Assembly (NCBI GenBank): GCA_004431415.1
Contig: QPMI01000279.1
Coordinates: 2,567-66,566 of the forward strand
Direction of reading: 5' to 3'
DNA from: Cyanophora paradoxa CCMP329
Taxonomy: Eukaryota; Plantae; Glaucophyta
Length of the DNA: 64,000 nucleotides
Below the pieces are notes generated by a model. It was not told where the DNA came from. It saw only the letters and a program-made list of their open reading frames with translations, and did not search any database. Shown piece by piece: positions 57,311-64,000 of this stretch; the first letter of the stretch is position 1; the number at the start of each line of letters is the position of its first letter. The position numbers and the translations under genes are program-made.

Positions 57311-57436
57311 TTACTGAGCTACTAGTGATCGTAATCGTAATCGCAGATCGTAATCGCGCGCCCCAGCTCGAGCTCGAGCTCATGTGAACTCTTATAAAAA
57401 TTACTGAGCTACTAGTGATCGTAATCGTAATCGCAG
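57311..57436. repeat. 36-bp direct repeat in divergent intergenic region
   Basis: ttactgagctactagtgatcgtaatcgtaatcgcag at 57311-57346 and 57401-57436. Confidence 0.9.
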
Positions 57437-57618
57437 CTCTCTAATCACAACCCCTGTGCAGGCTATGCGCAGGCCCTGAGGGGTTGGAGTGACACGTTCA
57501 AGTTCCACAACTATCGGTTGGACCCAGCAGCACCCAATCTCGTCGCGTAGATGACAGCAGTGCACGCTCGTAAGATCGCTAGAATACGCGCTCGCGCATA
57601 GTTGTCGCCACGTGTGTC

Positions 57619-60600
57619 ATGTACGATCAGCAGCATGCTTGGGTCGCCTGCAAAATCCTGCGCTATCAGCGTGCGTTTCGTATTCCGAAAACCTGAACCC
57701 CCGGTTTCTTGACGAGCGCACGCAGCCGACAAGGAAGGCACCCACCCTCAGTGGAGGGAGGTGCAAGGGGAGCCAGAGCCTGGCGAGCGTGCGTGCTGCA
57801 CCTTCGAGCTGCAGCTGTTCAGGAGACACAGGTCCGCTACGCGATCGTCCGGCGAAGGCGCGTGAGCGCGGGCTAAAGTCCAGGCGCTGCTCCGCAGGCT
57901 GGTCCTCGAGCCGCGGGTTCTTCCGCCCCAGTTTGCGGGCGGCGTCATCTGCGTGTCCATGGTGCAGTCGCTGACCGGCGCGCCGATCCTTGGGGAGAGC
58001 CGCCTCCTCATCGACTACGCGAGCCGCCCCAAGGACGCTGTGCGCTGGCGGCGGGGACGCGGGTGGCCGCCGGCGGGGCGCCGACACCTGGGCGGGGCGG
58101 GCGCAGAAGGACGACGACGCGGGTCTGCGGGCGGCGGCGAAGCCGTCGATAGAGCTGCGGGTGGGCCCGGGCGGCGAGACTAGCGACTTTGGAGTCGCCA
58201 TCTCGAGCCACCACTCGTCGCGGCGCGCAGAGCCTCGCCCTCTCGCTCACCCGCGCGCCCCTCTGAACCGCCTCTGCAGACGCCGTATGATGAAGTTCTG
58301 GCTGCGCGTCCACTGGCGCACCCCGGGGGACGCAGGGCTACCGCCTGCGCCCCCCGCCCCCGACGTCTTCGCGCCGTTCAAGCTCTATGTCGTGGCCAAG
58401 GTCAAGGCACGGCGCGCCTTCGTTCAGGAGCCGATCGGCGGGGAGGCCTCCGAGGCCGCCCCCGGCCCCGCCCCGGGGCCCTCCTCCGCCCCCGCCTTGG
58501 CCACCGGGCAGGGCGCTCCCTCCGCGGGCCCCTTCCTTCTCTCCCCTGAGCACGTCGCCTTGATCCAGCAGTCCGCCGCCCAGTACACGCACCCCGTCGG
58601 CTTCTTCCACCCAGGGCCGCAAGCGCCGGTCGCCCAGCCGCCGCCGGCGCGGCAGGGCGGGCAGGGCCGGGCGGCGCCGCCGGCGAGCAAGCGGGCGCAG
58701 GAGGAAGGGGCCGAGGAGGGCCGCGGTGCGCCCTCCCGCAGGCGCCCCGAGGCCGCCGCGCCCGAGCCGCTGCCGCCGGGGCCGGGGCCGGCGCCGGCGC
58801 CGCCGGCGGAGGCGCCGCGGCCGGAGGGCCTGGAGGAGCGCTTCTCGCGCCTCGCGCTCGCGGCGACGGCGCTGGTGGCGGCCCCCGCGCCGCCGGCGAC
58901 GGCGACAAGCGAGCAGGTCTCCTCGCTCAAAGGTGCCCCCCGACGGGCTCCCCGCTCCCCCCCCTCGCCCCCCGCCGAGGGCGTGTGCGGGGGCAGAGTA
59001 CTCGGCGTCGCTGGACGCGTACTCGGGGAAGCTTGAGGCGATCGTCGCGCGCCTCGGCAGCTTCGGCCATGCCCGCGCCGAGGCGCCCGCCCCGCCCGCT
59101 CCGCCCCCCGCCCTCCCGCCCGACGTCCTCGGCAGGTCAAGGGCGAGCCGGAGGGGGACGATGCCTCCGCGGGGTGCGTCATCGCCAGACCCGCCGCACC
59201 GCGCCGCGCATGTCGCGTTGGAGCTGAGGCGCGCCCCCGCAGGGCGCCCGACGTCTACATGGACCTCATTGAGATTCACAGGCGGTGCGCGGCGCTCGGC
59301 TGGGCGGGGCCGGAGGGTGGCGGGGCGAGCGGGCGCGAGCGGGGCGGGGTGCAGGGTTCCGCTGGCGCACGACCTGATCGTCTCGCCGGCGGTGCCGCTG
59401 CTCGGGGAGGCGCCCCGCTTCCCCTGCCTCCTCGCCCCCGCCCAGGTCGTCTCCCTCGAGGAGCTCCTCCGCAGGGTTCGCCCGCCCCGCCCCGCCCCTC
59501 CCCCCGCCAACCGGCGGCGCAGCTTCACGCCGAGGCGGCGGCGGCGGGGACCCCCGAGGCGGCCGACCGGCTGCGCGACGCGATGTGCGCCCTCCGGCGG
59601 GCCGTGTTATGGGGGAGCGGGGCGCGTTGAGGCGGGCGGCAGGGCGGACGTGCGGGTGCTGGCGACGGGGATCGTGCAGGACGAGATGGGCGGCATCGAG
59701 TTCAAGGACATGCTGCAGGCGCCCAGCCCGCCCTCGGGGGCCCCCCATTCCCAGGCCTCACCCCACGGCAGACGGTGCGGGCCTCCCGGCGCTCCGACGC
59801 CGGCCCGCGGGCCGTCGTGACGACCCTCCTCCGGGCCGTCCTCGCGCGGTGCGGGCTCCGCCACGCGCACCTGCCCGCCCACTCTTACGCCGGCGCGCGC
59901 AGGCCGCCGAGCGCCATGGAGCCGTGCGCGGCCGCCGGGGGGGCGGGGCGGCGGGGGGCGGGGTGAGTGGCGGGGCGCAGGGGGGAGCTGGAGGCGTGCG
60001 CGCGGCAGGCGACGGCCTTCCTCGAGTGCGGCGCCTCCATCTCCCGCAGCGCCGTGCGCCCCGGCCCGGCCCGCCCCGGCGCGGCGCGCCCCGCGGGGGC
60101 CGAGCGGGGCGCAGATGGACCTCTGGCTGCTCGACGCCGACTCGATCGACGCGCTGGCCTCGCTGCTGCTGGAGGCGACGGCGCTGCTCGGGGAGCCCGA
60201 GGCGGCGGCCCGCGCCGCGGCGGCGACGGGCTTCGCGATGGCCCTCGTGCGCCACACCTTCGACGACGCCCTCCTCCACCGCCTCCTCGAGGCCTGGGAG
60301 GCCCTCCGCCGGACCGGCCGCGTCCCCTCCCGCGCCGAGGTCGAGCTCCTGCGCGCCACCATGCAGACCCTCATGCGCCTGTCCGCCCCTCCCCCTCCCC
60401 CCTCCTCCCCGGGGCCGAGCGGAGCGGGGCAGGTCGGCGGCGAACGGGGACCGGTACGAGGTAGTCACGCGGCACGTCTCCCTCGCCCTCTACTGTGCCC
60501 CCGCGCCCCGCCCCGCCCCGCCCCGCCGCCGCGGCGCGCCGGGGCCGAGAGGCGGGGCGGCAGGGTACGCGGGCGGGGAGATGCGGGACAGGCTGAGCGA

Positions 60601-61077
60601 GGTGGTGATGCGGCACCAGCTGGCGCACCTGGCCCGGGCGCAAGGCCAGCGGGGGGCGGACAAGCAGTACGAGGAGCTCGAAGCGCTCGTCTTCTGCGAG
60701 CCCCCGCCCCGCGCCATCCACTGCGCCGCCTCCTTCGCCATCCTCCACTACGACCAGATCGTCCACTGCGTCAAGAACCGTCCGCCCCGCCCCGCCCCGC
60801 CCCGCCTCCCCCGCCCGGCAACGAGCGCCGGGGCGGCAGTGAACATCGTGCGGGCGGTGGGACTGCTGCGGGCGCACCTCGCCTTCGAGCGGCGCTTCCG
60901 CATGTACCACCACGCCGCCGACGACTGGGTGAACGTCATGAGGCGAGCGGCCCGCCGCCCCTCTGCCTCGGGAGGGGCCGCCGAGCCGGGGGCGGGGGCC
61001 AGGTACTGGTGGCGGAGCTGGAAGCCGACGACCCTCGTGCGCGTCATCCGCGTCCTCGCCGCCCTCTACCGGGTCCG

Positions 61078-61108
<31 letters not shown>

Positions 61109-61610
61109 GCGCCCTGGTAGGACGCTGGGCGAGGCGGGGCGGGGCGGGGGCGCAGATGCTGGGTTCTGGGAGGAGTCGCCCCACTCGGCGCACCTGCTCT
61201 TCGCCCTCGGCGACCTCTCCGCCGCCACCGGCGACCACGCCCGCGCCCTCGAGGCCCGCCCGCCCCCGCCCCGCCCCCGCCGTGGCCCCGCCCTCCCTCA
61301 CGCCCGGCTCGCGCGCACAGGCCTTCGAGGAGTGCATCCAGATCTACGGCCTCTTCGACGCCTTCTTCCCCCCGACTGCCGCCGCGTGGCCGCCGCCCGC
61401 GCCGCCCTCGAGACGAGCCGGGCGGCCGTCGCCGCCGCGAGGACGCCGCCTTCGGGGGCGGACTCGCGGGGCCCGCTGGCCTTGGACGGCGGCTCCCCGG
61501 GCCCCCTCTTCGGCTGGAGCTTCGCCTCCCTCTTCAGCCCCGGCGCCGGCACCGGCGCCCGCTCCGAGGAGCCCGACGCCGACCCCGCCGCCCGCCGCCC
61601 CGCCGCGTGA
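57619..61610 (+). CDS. Hypothetical multi-exon protein (beta-rich N-terminal domain, helical/TPR-like C-terminal region)
   Basis: Splice-consistent exons MYDQQHAWVACKILRYQ|P..., CTFELQLFRRH|RLVLEP, FGVAISSHHSS|RRMMKFWLRVHW...FKLYVVAKVK, then helical exons ending ...AARRPAA*. Confidence 0.55.
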
Positions 61611-62139
61611 TTCATCGTCACGTGGCTCTCCTCTGGACGCGCCGCAGGGAGCTCGAGCAGACGCGCCGGCCTGCTATAGCCATGCCGACCGCATCGTTAA
61701 CTGGGACATATACTCGATATTATTGTTCTATCATTGTATTACTCTCTGAGTGGAACTTTTCTTTTGAAGAGCAGCATCTATATCCAGAACTTCTCTTTTT
61801 CGGAACTTCGGCCTCGGAATTAAATGCCATGATGCGCGTCGACGTCGAGTACGTATACACTAGCAGACCGCGCCCGGCCCTGTGCAAGTGCAGCAAGTGC
61901 GGGCCGCGCGCGGAGGTGCAAGGGGGGGTACTTGTACACATTGCAGGGTACTTGGAAAGGGGGAGGGGTAGGGGGGGGGGGGGGGCGAGTGGGGGGCAGA
62001 GAAGCAAGGCTGGCGGCCGGGCCGGGCGGGCGGGCGTTGTGGCGAGGCTGGCGGGTGGGGTGGCGAGGCGGATGGGTGGGGTGGCGACGCAGGCGAAGGC
62101 CGGGCACCAGCGGGCGGGCAGGGAGGGCGGCGGCGGGCG

Positions 62140-63172
62140 GGAAAGCGGGCGGAGCGGGAGGTGGCCGGGCCCCGCGCATAGCCTGCGCATGCGCAAGGAG
62201 CGAGGCGTCAGTTGCCCCGGACAGCGGGCGTGCGGGGGCGGGGCTGGCCGCGGGCCCAGCGGGGCGGGTCAGGTGCGCAGCAGCAGCAGCGGGGCGAACC
62301 TGGAGTCGACGAAGCTGAAGCAGCCGGCAGGGCGGCGGGCTAGGAAGCGGGCGGAGCGGCAGGTGGCGCCGGGCCCGCGCATAGCTATAGCCTGCGCATG
62401 CGCAGAATTCGAACCGAGGCGTCAGCTCGCCCGGACAGCGGGCGTGCGGGGGCGGGCCTGGCCGCCGGGCCCAGCGGGGGCGGGTCAGGTGCGCAGCAGC
62501 AGCAGCGGGGCGAACCTGGAGTCGACGAAGCTGAAGCAGCCGGCAGGGCGGCGGCTAGGAAGCGGGCGGAGCGGCGGGTGGCGCCGGCCCCGCGCATAGC
62601 TATAGCCTGCGCATGCGCAGAATTCGAACCGAGGCGTCAGCTCGCCCGGACAGCGGGCGTGCGGGGGCGGGGCCTGGCCGCCGGCCCAGCGGGGCGGGTC
62701 AGGTGCGCAGCAGCAGCAGCGGGGCGAACCTGGAGTCGACGAAGCTGAAGCAGCCGGCAGGGCGGCGGCTAGGAAGCGGGCGGAGCGGCGGTGGCGCCGG
62801 GCCCGCGCATAGCTATAGCCTGCGCATGCGCAGAATTCGAACCGAGGCGTCAGCTCGCCCGGACAGCGGGCGTGCGGGGGCGGGGCCTGGCCGCCGGGCC
62901 CAGCGGGGCGGGTCAGGTGCGCAGCAGCAGCAGCGGGGCGAACCTGGAGTCGACGAAGCTGAAGCAGCCGGCAGGGCGGCGGGCTAGGAAGCGGGCGGAG
63001 CGGCGGGTGGCGCCGGGCCCGCGCATAGCTATAGCCTGCGCATGCGCAGAATTCGAACCGAGGCGTCAGCTCGCCCCGGACAGAGGGCGTGCGGGGCGGG
63101 GCCTGGCCGCCGGGCCCAGCGGGGCGGGTCAGGTGCGCAGCAGCAGCGGCGGAGCGAACCTGGAGTCGACGA
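62140..63172. repeat. Tandem array of ~215-bp GC-rich units (about 4.7 copies, first one degenerate)
   Basis: GAATTC recurs at 62405, 62620, 62833 and 63049. Each unit has gcgcatagctatagcctgcgcatgcgc and gcagcagcagcagcggggcgaacctggagtcgacg. Confidence 0.93.
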
Positions 63173-64000
63173 CGGCGCACGCCCGATAGCGCGCGAGCTC
63201 GCCTTCCGGATGGGATCTAGAAGATGCGCAAGACGAGTTGCTCAACGACATGGCAAGATCTGCACCGAGCGGCCTTGTCAGAGCCGTCGGCGAGCTCGAG
63301 TGTGCATTCCCAGCTCGGATTGCCGGGAGGCGCGCGAGCTCACCTAGGCCTTCCATCTGGCAAGAGTGTGGCATGTTTGAAGAGATCGCATTCGCGGAGC
63401 TCGGATCTGCAGCTGCGGACGGCGGGCGCGGGCACTCGCGGGCGTCGCGGGCGCCTTCTTCCTGCACTCTCGCACTCTCGTCCGGATCCGGCCGAGTGCA
63501 TTTGCCGCCCGGATGGCAGCTCTGTCGGCTAGCTTGCCGGCTTAAAGCACGGGTACTGCAACACGATATCGCCTCCATTCCCCCTGCTCGAGTCTCGATG
63601 CGCCTCCAACTCTCAGGAGCGGCGCCGGTACAGCAGGTACTTGAGGCGGTCTAGCGCGCCGCACGCCGCTTCTTGAGCCCGGGCATGTATGACAAAGTTT
63701 GTAGAGCGCATCGAGAGCAATCAGGAGCACGTGGTCCGGCGCATATAGCAATAGCAGGTGAGGCGCGACCTCGACATGTTTGCGCAGCCCCGCCTCTGCA
63801 TTTTTTTCCGCCGCTCGCAGCGGCTACGATGCGATCACACCTATACGAGAGCGCATGCAAAGAATCGCATCTTACAAAAAATGTTAACACAGAAAGTACG
63901 CCGCACCAACTCACCAGGGGAGCAAGGGAGGGGGTACCCCCCCTTGCAACGTCTAGGCTTGATGTCCGCGTACCAATCACGCGTACGTGCTTCATCTGCT

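Noticed and set aside
62140-63172. CRISPR-like array
   Set aside because: Units repeat in full with no unique spacers, there are no cas genes, and the context is eukaryotic.
63129-64000. Possible minus-strand gene at window end
   Set aside because: Could not assemble a coherent protein or recognise a domain.

Overview
Eukaryotic, very GC-rich, intron-dense genomic DNA, so the supplied ORF track is mostly not the real proteins. I reconstructed the genes by splicing by eye. Short (~50-110 nt) introns, Phe-containing 'MAAF/MEAF' plastid transit peptides, flagellar genes and a peptidoglycan-type enzyme suggest a glaucophyte alga (Cyanophora-like; inference). About 24 compact genes are present, many head-to-head: PHF5A, a membrane-anchored zeta/Cd-type carbonic-anhydrase-like protein, a PHT4 transporter, an RlpA-like lytic transglycosylase, an EEP-family enzyme, a SHIPPO-repeat protein, syntaxin-16, a Ddl-like ATP-grasp/SET fusion, THUMPD1, a DCAF4-like WD40 protein, cystatin, an ankyrin+SET protein, TTC29, a BCH/CrtZ carotene hydroxylase, a permuted NlpC/P60 protein, SKP1, RPT5, a Shewanella-like phosphatase, a membrane PDE and a CW/PHD protein. 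The top find is a textbook U12 (minor spliceosome) AT-AC intron inside the bacterial-type RlpA gene, which implies minor-intron gain in a prokaryote-derived gene. Other notable signals are a tandem dead+live zeta-CA-like receptor with NPF endocytic motifs, the Ddl-SET fusion, very frequent GC-AG introns, a TSD-flanked AT-rich intron, and several repeats. Exon boundaries are hand-derived, and some G/C homopolymer runs appear to carry indel errors.
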